NCBI RefSeq assembly: GCF_006345805.1
Contig: NC_043006.1
Span: 42,594,001-42,658,000, forward strand
Direction: 5' to 3'
DNA: 64,000 nucleotides
Origin: Octopus sinensis
Lineage: Eukaryota
Shown: positions 13,101-24,952 of the stretch, in pieces
How positions within the stretch are numbered: position 1 is the stretch's first letter
How the letters are laid out: each line of letters opens with the position of its first letter
Translations under genes and position numbers: made by a program
The notes under the pieces: model-generated
Seen by the model: the letters and a program-made list of their open reading frames with translations, nothing else
What the model was told of the DNA's origin: nothing
Databases searched by the model: none

Positions 13101-15155
13101 AATATATATGTGTGTGAGTGTGGAGTAATTTTTTTAAACTTGCGACAACTTTCTAGGTTGGAACAATTCTAAAGTACCGTCAGTCAACTACAAATATGTC
13201 TTCGCGCCTGCACGATGGGAATAGGGGATAGCTTCATTTATCCTAGTGTTCTTAACCCCACCAAGGTGAACTTAGCCTTTTACTCTTCGGTGACGTCGGT
13301 CAAATAGGTACAAAGTTATTTTATCAATTACATGCATCGCCAAAGATTTGAGACTCTTTGTGCCTATAAAAATCAACGTTGTAACTTTGTGTGTTTTTAT
13401 TTAGTTACAAATCAACCTTAATAAAAATAGACCAATGATCAAGATGTTCCTGTCGTAACCATCTCGACTTTTATCAGACATTACTCGCCGCACTATTTTG
13501 TATTTCTGTAGTATTATTGTTGAGTGGAGACAATTTAGAGGTCACACAAAAGGCCAGCTTATTTGGCAATTTAGGAATAAGTGCAGACTTCATTTTCCAA
13601 CGGATCCAAATTCATAGATTCCGATCCGAAACTCGCCCGATTTTTCACCAGTAACTTCTCTTACAATTTTGTGTGGTATTTTAAAATAGCTGTCCTTTGA
13701 AGTCCCGTATCTTATGGGAAAGAAAAATCGTAAGGAAGAGGATGAGGAAAATATACCCATTTTTCTGAAAGTTATAAGGAAATAAAATCGACTTGTGTGA
13801 ATTATCCAAAACTTCTCTCCTCACCCTGAATTTTTTTTTTTCCACTTTAAATTCCGACATAATTGGAATCTACATCATCTGCAATAAGTTTCTATTTGTA
13901 GAAAAGTTCAATAAAAAAAAATATCAATTTATCCGAGAATTATAGGCGAGGGCACATTTGTGTTGGTATGCCAAAAGAACTTTTTTTCCCCCCTTTCTTC
14001 GTGAGGTACTGAACCTCTAGAGACAGTTATTCCAAAATTCCACCAACTTTTGTTGGCATTTCCCTCCAACCTTTTAACTTTCAGTTTGTCTCGGATAAAC
14101 TGTTAATTTGTTTCGTAGATTTGCTGGCTTCGTAACATAAAAGTACTTTGATTTGCAGTAACAGATTTGTTTTGTGGTCGAGCGCCGGGCATTCTCCATG
14201 CAAAACATATTTATTACATGTTCGAAGTTATTACTACTTGATTATTTAAAACTTATTTTTACAATTTTTCATTTAAAAAACTGAAAAGAAGGCTAAAACT
14301 CCCGAAACTAAAAAGAAAACTAATTTAAGTGAAAACGGTATGTTTTTTGGCTTAAAAAAAAAAACGAAAAGTTTTTACAACTATTTGTTGCTAATTTTTT
14401 AATAATAAAAGTATTTGAGTGGAATTGATTTTTCTCTATTTGATATCAATAAAAATATCAACTGAATAATATACATTAGTTTACCTGTAAACGGGGCCCC
14501 TAAGCGAGTCGATTTACAAATTTAATATCAGAGACTTGCTAGAAATAGCAGTCAAAATTCCGAACACTCATTTTAGATCTTAACTTATAAATAATCTGAT
14601 ACAATCACAACTCTATGTTTTACACAATAAATGGTACACAAATGAACAACAAAAATAACAAAATTAATTCTTAATTGCAACAAAAATATTCCAAACAAGC
14701 TGGCTGCAGTAGAGTAAACAAGGCTAAAATAATTAAACCGTCAAACAAGGCAAATAGTTTGACAAAGTGAAAGCAGCACATTAAACATAAAAATGACCAG
14801 GATGTGGAAATTTGTGTTTACATAGATTTATATAAAGTGTAGAGTAAGGTGTGAGAGGAAGTGAACTTGTGTTAAATGTAACTTGATTTACGAGATAAAT
14901 AAAAAGTGCGTGCGGCGAGTTATGTTTAAATGGGGGAAAAAAAAACAAAGTGAATCGAAGTTTTAAAAAAGACACATAGACATGTAGAAATGCAAATATA
15001 ACAAAGAAAATAAATAAAGGAGAAAAATATATTACGATTAAGAAAACTTTTAGTGAAGTAAAACAGTTCTAGAGAAAGATTAAGTATTTTGCACTGGAAC
15101 AAGGACCAGACATGCAGGAGGAAAGGGTGGCCGAAATTTCACAGCAGTAACATCC

Positions 15156-15779
15156 TCATTCTTTATCGATCTGGTTGGAAGGGTGACTTATTTTGAAAGC
15201 TTCCAGTGGCAACAGATCCTTGTTGATACGACTTATCATGGGAAAAGACTCCATGTTTACATTGTAACGTTCAGCATTGTAAACCTGCGGTACTAAGCAT
15301 AAATCGGCCATAGTAATTTCATCACCTACGCAGTATTTACCAGCAGACTGTTTTAGCAGATTCTCGAGGGCATGAAAGCCTTTCTCGATCCAGTAGAGGG
15401 ACCATTCCATCTTTTTGTCACCGAGTTTCTGAAGAACGCCCACATTCTGTAGCGGTTGGATACCCGATACAATGCATTCACAGATCTCGCGGACAACAGC
15501 TTTCTTAGCAGGACATTTAGGGAGCAGTGCAGGTTCGGGTCTGGTGTCATTTAGGTATTCCATAATTGCCATCGATTGGGTTAGCGTTATTCCGTCGATC
15601 ACCAAAGCTGGTACTTGTTCCATCGGATTCATTTTTTTGAACTCATCACTATGTTGCTGCCCACCATCTTTCACAAGGTGAACAGCTTTATATTCGTAAG
15701 GGATATTCTTCAGAGCCAACGCAATCCTCACACGCCAGGAGCACGAACTGCGCCAGTACGAATACAATATTGTGGTCAT
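15156..15779 (-). CDS. GSTZ1: Glutathione S-transferase zeta / maleylacetoacetate isomerase, single-exon, 207 aa
   Basis: Uninterrupted ATG-TGA ORF with the zeta-class N-terminal motif [17 protein letters not shown], plus MEQVPAL (cis-Pro), [27 protein letters not shown] and a C-terminal SHPSNQ. Length fits a full GSTZ. Confidence 0.97.
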   Translation of the reverse strand: MTTILYSYWRSSCSWRVRIALALKNIPYEYKAVHLVKDGGQQHSDEFKKMNPMEQVPALVIDGITLTQSMAIMEYLNDTRPEPALLPKCPAKKAVVREICECIVSGIQPLQNVGVLQKLGDKKMEWSLYWIEKGFHALENLLKQSAGKYCVGDEITMADLCLVPQVYNAERYNVNMESFPMISRINKDLLPLEAFKISHPSNQIDKE

Positions 15780-15897
15780 TTTTATAGGAAAGGAAAATTG
15801 CTAGCGAACAGTCACTTAATATTAATATTTGATAGCGAAAATTAGGAAACCAGGACAAGTTAAGCTCGATGTGGTGATTTCGTTACTCCACCAAAAA

Positions 15898-15934
15898 GTC
15901 ACGTAACTGAAGCCACGTGGGTGACTTATAAATA
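15898..15934. promoter_or_regulatory. Candidate GSTZ1 proximal promoter motifs
   Basis: GTCACGTAAC (15898-15907, CRE/E-box-like), CACGTG E-box (15914-15919) and TATAAATA on + (15927-15934), 120-155 bp upstream of the ATG in CpG-rich DNA. Confidence 0.4.
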
Positions 15935-16111
15935 GATGTATGGAGGATCAAAAGAGATGTATATTCGTCTGGTTCCTGTTCGCGTTTCTTTATAATACCG
16001 GTGTTTAATACATGAAATGCATCAATTTAGATGGACTGAAACACAGTACACACACAAATACAAATGTATACAAAAGCATGTGTGTGTGTGTATACATATA
16101 TATATGTGTGA

Positions 16112-16168
<57 letters not shown>

Positions 16169-16999
16169 CATATATATATATAATCATCATCGTTTAACGT
16201 CCGCTTTCCATGCTAGCATGGGTTGGACGATTTGACTAAGGTCTGGCGAACCAGATGGCTGCACCAGACTCCAGTCTGATCTGGCAGAGTTTCTACAGCT
16301 GGATGCCCTTCCTAACGCCAACCATTCCAAGAGTATAGTGGGTGCTTTTACGTGCCACCGGCACGAGGACCACTCAGGCAGTACTGGCAACGACCATGCT
16401 TAAATGGTGCTTTTTATGTGCCACCTGCACAGGAGCCAGTCCAGCGGCCTTGGCAACGACTTCACTCGAATGTTTTTTCACGTGCCACCCGCACAAGTGC
16501 CAGTAAGGAGGCGCAGGTAACGATCACGCTCGAATGGTGTTTTTTACATATATGTACACACACACACACACACGTGTGGCTGTGTAGTAAGAAGCTTGCT
16601 TCTTAACCACATGGTTCCAGGTTCAGTCCTACTACGTGGCACCTTGGGCAAGTGTCTTCTTCTATAGCCTTGGGCTGACCAAAACTTTGTATGTGGATTT
16701 GGTAGATGGAAACTGAAAGAAACTCATATATGTATGTATGCATGTATGTATGTATGTATGTATGTATGTATGTGTGTGTGTGTGTCTGTGTTTATCCTCC
16801 TACCATCATTTGACAACTGATGTTGGTGTGTTTACGTCCCTGTAACCTTGCGGTTGGGCAAAGGAGACCAATAGAATAAGCACTAGGCTTACAAAGAATA
16901 AGTCCTGGAGTCGATTTGTTCGACTAAAGGCAGTGCTCCACCATGGCCACAGTCAAATGACTGAAAGGAGTAAAAAAATAAAAGAATATATAGGTATCC

Positions 17000-17580
17000 A
17001 TGTACATCATCATCATCATCGTTTAACGCCCGCTTTTCCATGCTGGCATGGGTTGGAAGGTTTGACAGAGGACTGGCAAGCCAGGAAGCTGCACCAGGCT
17101 CCAATCTGATCTGGAAAATTTTCTACATCTGGATGCCCTTCCTCATGCCAACCACTCCGAGAATGTAGTGGGTGCTTTTTATGTGCCACCAACACAGGAG
17201 CCAGTCAGATGACACTGGCAACGACCATGCTTGAATGGTGCTTTTTACATGCCACCAGCATGGGACCAGTCAGGCAGCACCAGCATCAGCCATGCTTGTA
17301 TGGTGCTTTTTACATGCCACCAGCACAGGAGCCAGTCAGGTGGTACTAGCATCAGCCACAACAATGATTTCACTTGATTCAACACGTCTCCTCAAGCACA
17401 GCATAGTTTCCAGTGATTGAAGGGTACTCTTAAATGGGCCAGTTATGCAGCACTGGCATAGGCCACGGCTACGATCTCACTTGGCTTGCCAGGCCGTCTC
17501 AAGCACAGCATATCTCTAAAGGTCTCAGTTGCTTGTCATTGCCTCTGTGAGGCCCAATATTTGACAGTCATGCTTCATCA
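17000..17580 (-). mobile_element. RTE-like LINE 3' end (family D)
   Basis: Minus-strand EVMKHDCQILGLTEAMTSN*DL*RYAVLE plus the same 3'UTR and (GAT)n tail. Confidence 0.8.
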
Positions 17581-17685
17581 CCTAATTTATAGACAGATAT
17601 ATATAATATCAAAATGTGACTGCGTGTGAACCGTTGGTGATTTTTTTTCCTCCATCTTCCCTTCTCTGGATCTTTCCTTTTCCTA

Positions 17686-17722
17686 TGTTTCTGACAAAGA
17701 GCTCCGCTCAAAACGTAAAACC
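17686..17722 (+). ncRNA. Decayed hammerhead motif, family H3
   Basis: TGTTT-CTGACAA-A-GAGC-tcc-GCTC-AAAAC-GTA-AAAC. A sister copy at 19530-19546 (-) keeps CTGACGAAGAGCTC. Host repeats span about 17590-17830 and 19450-19640. Confidence 0.55.
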
Positions 17723-19287
17723 CTCCTTCTTCCCTTCCTTCCTGAGTGTCCAATAATACTATATTTGTTCCACGTCCTCGCGTTGTGTTTTCTTTGTGTT
17801 TTCATGTTTGGATTAGCGATATATATAATATACAGATAGGCCCACCTACAGTTTTACCCTCTCCAATTTTGTTTCCTCACATCTTCTTTAGAAAGTGCAT
17901 ATTTTTTAATAAAGTTTTGCAACAATTTATTTTTGAGAGTTTAAGTTATGGTTATACTGATAAAATGTTGGGAAAACTTTTTGAGGTGGAGAAAGTTTTG
18001 GTTCATTCCTACGTCTTTGATCTTATAACCTCAGTTTCCATAATTTTAGACATTTTTTTTTTTAATCTTTTCGTCTTTTGCTCATTTCGGTAATTGGATT
18101 GCGACCATGTGGCAGCACCGCATTGAAGAACTTTTTTTGAAGACTATTTTTTCTAACTCGTTACATCCTGAGTTCAAACATTGCTGATGACGAATTCGCT
18201 TTCAAGCTTGCCATCTTGGATTACTTTTATAAAATGAACATTTACAATCAGTTAATGATGTCAGAAAGCCCAGAGTCAGCCCAAGGTTCTAGTAGAAGAC
18301 ATTTGCCTAAGGTGCTGCACAGTGGGACTGAACTCAAACCACATGGTTACAAACCTTGCTTCTTAATAACACCAGCATACCTTAGCCTATAATGTTCATG
18401 TAATATGCTACACCTATAGTCTGTGCTAATTTAAATCTTGTCTAGGTCAGCTGTCAATTGTGTCAAGAAACAGCAAAACACACTCTTTGATAAAGATTCA
18501 CTTTTGGTGTAAAGTGTGGTCATAGACAAATTCTTTATTATAATTTAATAATTTATACTGTACAGGAGAACATTTTATATTAAAGCATTTTTTTTTTATA
18601 TTAATAACAATAAAAATGGCCTGTAGGCGAATTTTTTTTATGATTATTAATATAAAATTTAATGGAATTTTGGCAGTAATGGACAAACCTTCCCCATTAT
18701 CAGTTCATTAAATCGAAGTTCACAGTATATGTGTTTTCTGTTTACAACCATGAGAAAAAAGCTTTTCAATACATATAGCAGAGAATAATAATTTATTAAA
18801 ATCTGAGCAGATATCAAACAGAAGTCACAATACTGCTTTGTTGCTTCTTGTGCATGATTGACAGTGACACAAAACTCTAAGTCACAACAAGGGAATATCT
18901 CATACGCGTATATTCTTTTAATCTTTTATTCTTTTACTTGTTTCAGTCATTTGACTGCAGCCATGCTGGAGCACTGCATTAAAAGGTATTAGCCAAAGAA
19001 ATCAACACCAGGACTCATTCTTTGTAAGCCTAGTGCTTATTTTATCGGTCTTTTTTGCCAAATCGCTAAGTTAAAGGGACATAAACACACCAGCATTGGT
19101 TGTCAAGTGATGGCAGGGAGGACAGACAGACAGACACACACACACACACACACACACATAAACACATGCATTCATGTATGTGTTTATGTGTGTGCATATA
19201 TACACATACATACATACATATATATATGTACACACATATGCACACTCACACACACACACAAACATACGTATGTATGTATGTATATAT

Positions 19288-19337
<50 letters not shown>

Positions 19338-19652
19338 ATATTTATATATACATACATCATCATCCATACATATACATACATTCATACATAGAGTATTTGT
19401 TTTGTTTTTACTCTGCCATAAGCATCTATCTATCTATCTATCTATCTAGTGTTAATCCAAACATGAAAACACAAAGAGAAAACACAACGCAAGGATGTGG
19501 AACAAGTATAGTATTATTGGACGGTCAGGAGCTCTTCGTCAGAAACAAGAAAAGTAAAAATCCAAAGAAGGGAAGACGGAGGGGAAAAAAGTCACCAACG
19601 TTACAATGTGGTCACATTTTGAATATATCTATTTATATATGTATATATGGGA

Positions 19653-20021
19653 TGGAAGCACTCCGTCGCTTACAATGACGAGGGTTCCGGTTGATCTGAA
19701 TCAACGGAACAGCCTGCTCGTGAAATTAACGTGTAAGTGGCTGACACGTGTACCCTTAATGTAGTTCTCGGGGATATTCAGCGTTACACAGAGAGTGACA
19801 ACGCGGGCCCTTTGAAATACAGGTACAACAGAAGCAGGAAGTAACAGTGAGAGAAAGTTGTGGTGAAAGAGTACAGCAGGGATCACCACCATCCCCTGCC
19901 GGAGCCTCATGGAGCTTTAGGTGTTTTTGCTCAATAAACACTCACAACGCCCCGAACTGGGAATCGAAACTGTGATCCTAAGACCGCGAGTCCGCTGCCC
20001 TAACCACTGGGCCATTGCGCC
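19653..20021 (-). mobile_element. tRNA-derived SINE, family C
   Basis: Minus-strand head GGCGCAATGGCCCAGTGGTTAGGGCAGCGGACTCGCG..GTTTCGATTCCC and a conserved body TTAAGGGTACACGTGTC..CACGAGCAGGCTGTTCC. Other copies at about 350-690, 23025-23345 and 56100-56430. Confidence 0.8.
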
Positions 20022-20934
20022 TTCACATATGTATATATATTTATTCACACACGCACATTTATTGTTGATGTCACATGCATGGTATGTGTGTTTTATTTAT
20101 ACACCCATTAGCTGCAGGATAGCATCTGGGGAGACATCCCTTCAAGAAACCAACTGTAAAAGAATGCTGAATATCTAAGACCAGGTGAGACAATTGGCCT
20201 TGTAGATGATCGGAAACAGTGGATATCAATATTTTGCTGTCCTTCAGCCCATAAATACTGTGTGCATGTGTGTGTGTGTGTGTGTGTGTGTGTATAAGTC
20301 TGTGTCATTTTGTATTGACAGTTGTAACTTAGTGTCATCATTGCACAAGCAATGACCTTCTTTGCAGTCTTCTGTGAAAACATGTTCTGTGGGGTAAGTT
20401 GCTTGCTTACCAACCACATGGTTCTGGGTTCAGTCCCACAATGTGGCACCTTGGGCAAGTGTCTTCTACTATAGCCTCGGGCTAACCAAAGCCTTGTGAG
20501 TGGATTTGGTAGAGGGAAACTGAATGAAGCTTTGGTCAGCCCAAAGCTATAGTAGAAGACACTTGCCCAAGGTGCCACGCAGTGGGACTGAACCCGGAGC
20601 CATGTGGTTGGTAAGCAAGCTACTTACCACACAGCCATTCCTACACCTATATATATATATATGTTGATCAATGATGTATATATTGGGAAAAGTATTATAT
20701 ATTCACCATTGATTTTGCTTCAGTATCTTCACCACTATGATCATAAGAGGAAATAAGGAAACCATTATGCTGTTGCTTACCTGCTGGCAACAACAGAAGC
20801 ATTTCACACTTTACTGTCTTTAAAAAAATTTTTAAAAAATAAAAAGAAAAAGGAAAAGGAAAAGAAAAAAAAGGATATATTACATAACCAAACCCAAAAT
20901 AACTCATACATACATGCATGTAAAATATTATCAT

Positions 20935-21060
20935 CATCATCATCATCACCATCATCATCATCATTGTGTAATGTTTGTCTTCCATGCTGGCATGATATAT
21001 ATATATATGTATGTGTCTTTGCATACACACCCAAACATACATATATATATATATATTATA

Positions 21061-21103
<43 letters not shown>

Positions 21104-21143
21104 TACATATATATATGTATGTACATATATATATGTATGTATA

Positions 21144-21194
<51 letters not shown>

Positions 21195-21235
21195 GTATAT
21201 ATATGTATATGTATATATATATATGTATATATATG

Positions 21236-21271
<36 letters not shown>

Positions 21272-21299
21272 TATATATATATATTATATATATATATAT

Positions 21300-21330
<31 letters not shown>

Positions 21331-21466
21331 AACATACATAGGCATATGCATGCCTATATATATTTATGTAAGTACATGCATATATGGAAACAGACAGACA
21401 AAACACATGCGTGCATACACACATACACATGCACGCACACACACACACACACATGCACTTGCATGC

Positions 21467-21515
<49 letters not shown>
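20935..21515. repeat. Compound (CAT)n/(AT)n/(AG)n/(AC)n microsatellite cluster
   Basis: Direct reading. Explains the stacked YI/HT-rich ORFs. Confidence 0.95.
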
Positions 21516-21520
<5 letters not shown>

Positions 21521-22084
21521 GACTACCTATACTCTAGAGACAAATAGAAAAAAAAAAATTTAGTCGAACAGCTTTTTTGTAAAATTAGCATATTAAAGTG
21601 TAATAAATATTGCAATTTAAATAAAGTTATTTGCTTAAAACACTGCAATACTTCATTCACCTGCTTTAATAGAATTTTTATGACGAAAAACATGGTTTAC
21701 CAAGTTTCCTGTAGAGTTTTAGGAAGGAAAACAAAACCGAATTTCCAGTCTTTGATCTTTTGTCCTTGTTGGCCAACATTTCAGGAAAGATTGAAGAATA
21801 TGAATTCTTTCCTTTTGACTTTCTTTTACTTGTTTCAGTCATTAGGTTGGGGCCATGCTGCAGCACCGCCTTGAGGAGGTGAATTTTAGTTGAATGTAAT
21901 TCACTGCTAGTAGTTAATTTTTAATAATTTTTTTTTAACGTTTTTGTTGAGCTTTGGCTCTTATTCTATCAGTTTCTCATGCAGAACTGCTAAGTTATGA
22001 GGATGTAAACATACCAACACCAGCTGTGAAGTGGTGATGGGGAACAATCACAGGCACAAAGACACACATAAATAAATAATGGAA

Positions 22085-22470
22085 GTCTGTCAGGGTTCAA
22101 TAATGACGTCAGTGACACTGGAGGTGGGAGCAGAACCCAAGGGTGGCCATGCAGACGCGGCCACATGTTGGGCACGTAACAGCAGAAGTAGGGTTGGGGA
22201 TCCTCTCTTTTCGGGCTTGTCACTTCTGGTCCAGGCTCTTGAAGTGCTTTTCCTTGAACAGCCAACACCCTTTTGGACAGCTGGATGCCAGGCGCCATGG
22301 TCAGAGGCAAGCAATTCCCAGTCATGGACTGAAATGCCACAGGCCACAAGCAAAGTTTTCAGGCTGTGCTTGTAGCACCTCAGTGGCCTTCCAAGGTTTT
22401 TTGCTCTAGAAGCCAGCTCAGAGAAGAAGATCATCTTTGGTAGATGCATGAAGTCCATTCGGACATAGTA
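22085..22470 (-). mobile_element. RTE-BovB-type LINE 3' end
   Basis: VRMDFMHLPKMIFFSEL..GRPLRCYKHSLK..WELLASDHGAW, then a frameshifted C2H2-like motif CPTCGRVCMATLGFCSHLQCH*. Confidence 0.88.
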
Positions 22471-23646
22471 TGCATACATATATACATATATATATATATA
22501 TGATGATAATGATGATGATGTATGTGGCTGTGTGGTAAGAAGCTTGGTTCCCAGCCACATGATTCAGGGTTCAGTCCCACTGCGTGGCACCTCTAGTAAG
22601 TGTCTTCTACTATACCTCAGACCAACCAAAACATTGTGAATTTATTTGTTGATTTGGTAGATGGAAACTGAAAGAAACCTGTCATATATATATATATATG
22701 TATGTATGTATGCATGTATGTATGTATGTATGTGTGTGTGTATGTGTGTGTATGCATGCATGCATGTATGTATGTATGTATATCTATCTATGTGCATTTG
22801 TCTTTGTGTCTGTGTTTGTCACCCACACAGCTTGACAACCGGTGTTGGTGTGTTTACATCCCCGTAACTTGGTGATTTGAGAAAAGTGACTGATAGAATT
22901 AGTACCAGGGTCTATTCCTTTGACTGAAAATTCTAGGAAGTGCTCCAGCATGGCTGCAGTTCACTGACTAAAACAAGTAAAAGACAGGTTTTGTTGAATC
23001 TTGGGAGGACCATCAGCTAGCACTCCATTGCTTTCGATGACGACAGTTCCAGTTGATCCAATCAATGGAACAGCCTGCTCGTGAAATTGATGTGCAAGTG
23101 GCTGAGCACTCCATGGACACGTGTACCCTTAACACAGTTCTCAGGGAGATTCAGCGTGACACAGAATGTGACAAGGCTGGTCCGTTTGAATTACAGGTAC
23201 AACTCATTTTTGCCAGGTGAGTGGACAGGTGCAACATAAAATAAAATACCTTGCTCAAGGATATAATGTGACATTAGAAATTGAACTCATGACTTTACGA
23301 TCGTGAGTGACCACCCCTAACCACTAAGCCATGCACCTTCACAAGGAAGGATCATAATGCCAAGAATAAACATGCACTGGCTTTATTTCACTTCTTTATT
23401 TTTTTATTTTCTTACTTTTTAGCCAATTGGTTAACCATTTAACCAGTTGACTAATCAGTCATTTGATTAATCATTTGGCCAATTAATCAATCAACTAGGT
23501 ATGTCAAAAATCTTTCATCACCATTTGCTGCCTTGGCAATGTCATGCCCTCTCTACTCCATGTCTGCAACAGGTCTGTCTGTTTGTCTTCTAGTATACAT
23601 ATTCTATATTCATATTTGTATGGATATAAGTGAGAATGTATGTGAT

Positions 23647-23679
<33 letters not shown>

Positions 23680-24109
23680 AAGAAAGAGGGAGAGTGAGAG
23701 AGGAAAAGAGAATGTACACGCTGATGTGTGTATATGTGTCGCAGATACACATTTGTGTGGCATAGCGTGGATTCTGTGAGCAACTGTGAGGGAGGACATG
23801 CATGTGTGAAGATAAATGTAAATGTGTGTGTGTGTACGTGTGCACATGTGTGTGTATGTATGTGTATATATACATGTACATACATTGGTGTATGTATGTG
23901 TGGAAGATAAGGTTATCTTGAATTGTAAAAAGTATTTAAAATGTCAAGAAATGTATTTTTATGTTTCTTTTAAATGGAAGTGTACAAGAAATCTGTTTTA
24001 ATGGGTTTTTTGCTGAAATCTTTCTAATTACAAATTGGATTGTTAGATTAAGTTATGTATATATTTTTATTTTCTTTTTCTTTTGTGTTAGATAAGCCTT
24101 CGTAGAAAA

Positions 24110-24320
24110 AGAAATTCTACGTTGATGTGGATATTAAAAATCAAATTACCATTCTTTGTGAAGCAGGCACAACATATTCTGAAATCCATAAGCTAGTGAA
24201 GAATAAAATCATTATTTATCTGCTTACCATAAAGGAAAAACAGAATAGGACTATGCTCAGAGCAAACTGGAAAGGAGGAAAGAATATGGTAGGCCTAAAA
24301 ATACAGCAAGTACAGAGGGA
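24110..24320 (+). mobile_element. Possible Tc1-like transposase N-terminal (HTH) relic
   Basis: DIKNQITILCEAGTTYSEIHKLV resembles the Tc1 paired-like HTH. No catalytic domain seen. Confidence 0.3.
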
Positions 24321-24394
24321 ATCATCATCATCATCACCATCACCACCACCACCATCATCAATAAGCATTATTAGTAGAGAAGTCGTTTTTCAGT

Positions 24395-24952
24395 AAGAGA
24401 GTTGAGGACCTTCTGTGATTCGCTCTGGACCTTAACAATGTTATTAAAACGGTGACCTTTTAGCTGCATTTTCATCTTGTAAAAGATCTGGATGTCTACA
24501 GGTGCTAAATCTGGTGAATACAGCGAGTGCAGAGTGCAGAAGTAATACCATGTTGTTTTTTGGTGAGGAACTCAAGAGTGAGGTCAGTTCAGTGACAGGG
24601 TGCAGTTGTCATTGGAAAGAATCTGTTTCCTTGTGCTCCACAGATCTGGTCACTTTCGCTGAATGTCCACCTGCAAATGCTTCAAAATATCACAGTAGAA
24701 CCCTCGATTGATAGTTTGGCCCTGGAGGGCAGGGACGAATTCTCGATGCACAATACCACATTTCCAGGGGTGGCACTCATGGCAGGTCATCCAGATCGTT
24801 CATCATCTTCCAGGGATGTTCTTCCTCTTTTGAAGCACCTGTGTTACTCAAAACATTGCCTAAAACCCATTGCCTCATTACCATAAGCTTGCTGAAGCAT
24901 GCTCAATACCTCTGTAGCAGACTTCCCAAGTTTAGCACAAAATTTCACATTG
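24395..24952 (-). mobile_element. Internally deleted mariner transposase relic
   Basis: Minus-strand KFCAKLGKSATEVLSMLQQAYG..FKRGRTSLEDDERSG, GQTINRGFYCDIL and YSPDLAP..MKMQLKGHRF. Confidence 0.88.

Noticed and set aside
19950-20021. tRNA gene
   Set aside because: The tRNA-like head runs into a multi-copy SINE body, and the acceptor and anticodon stems do not close properly.
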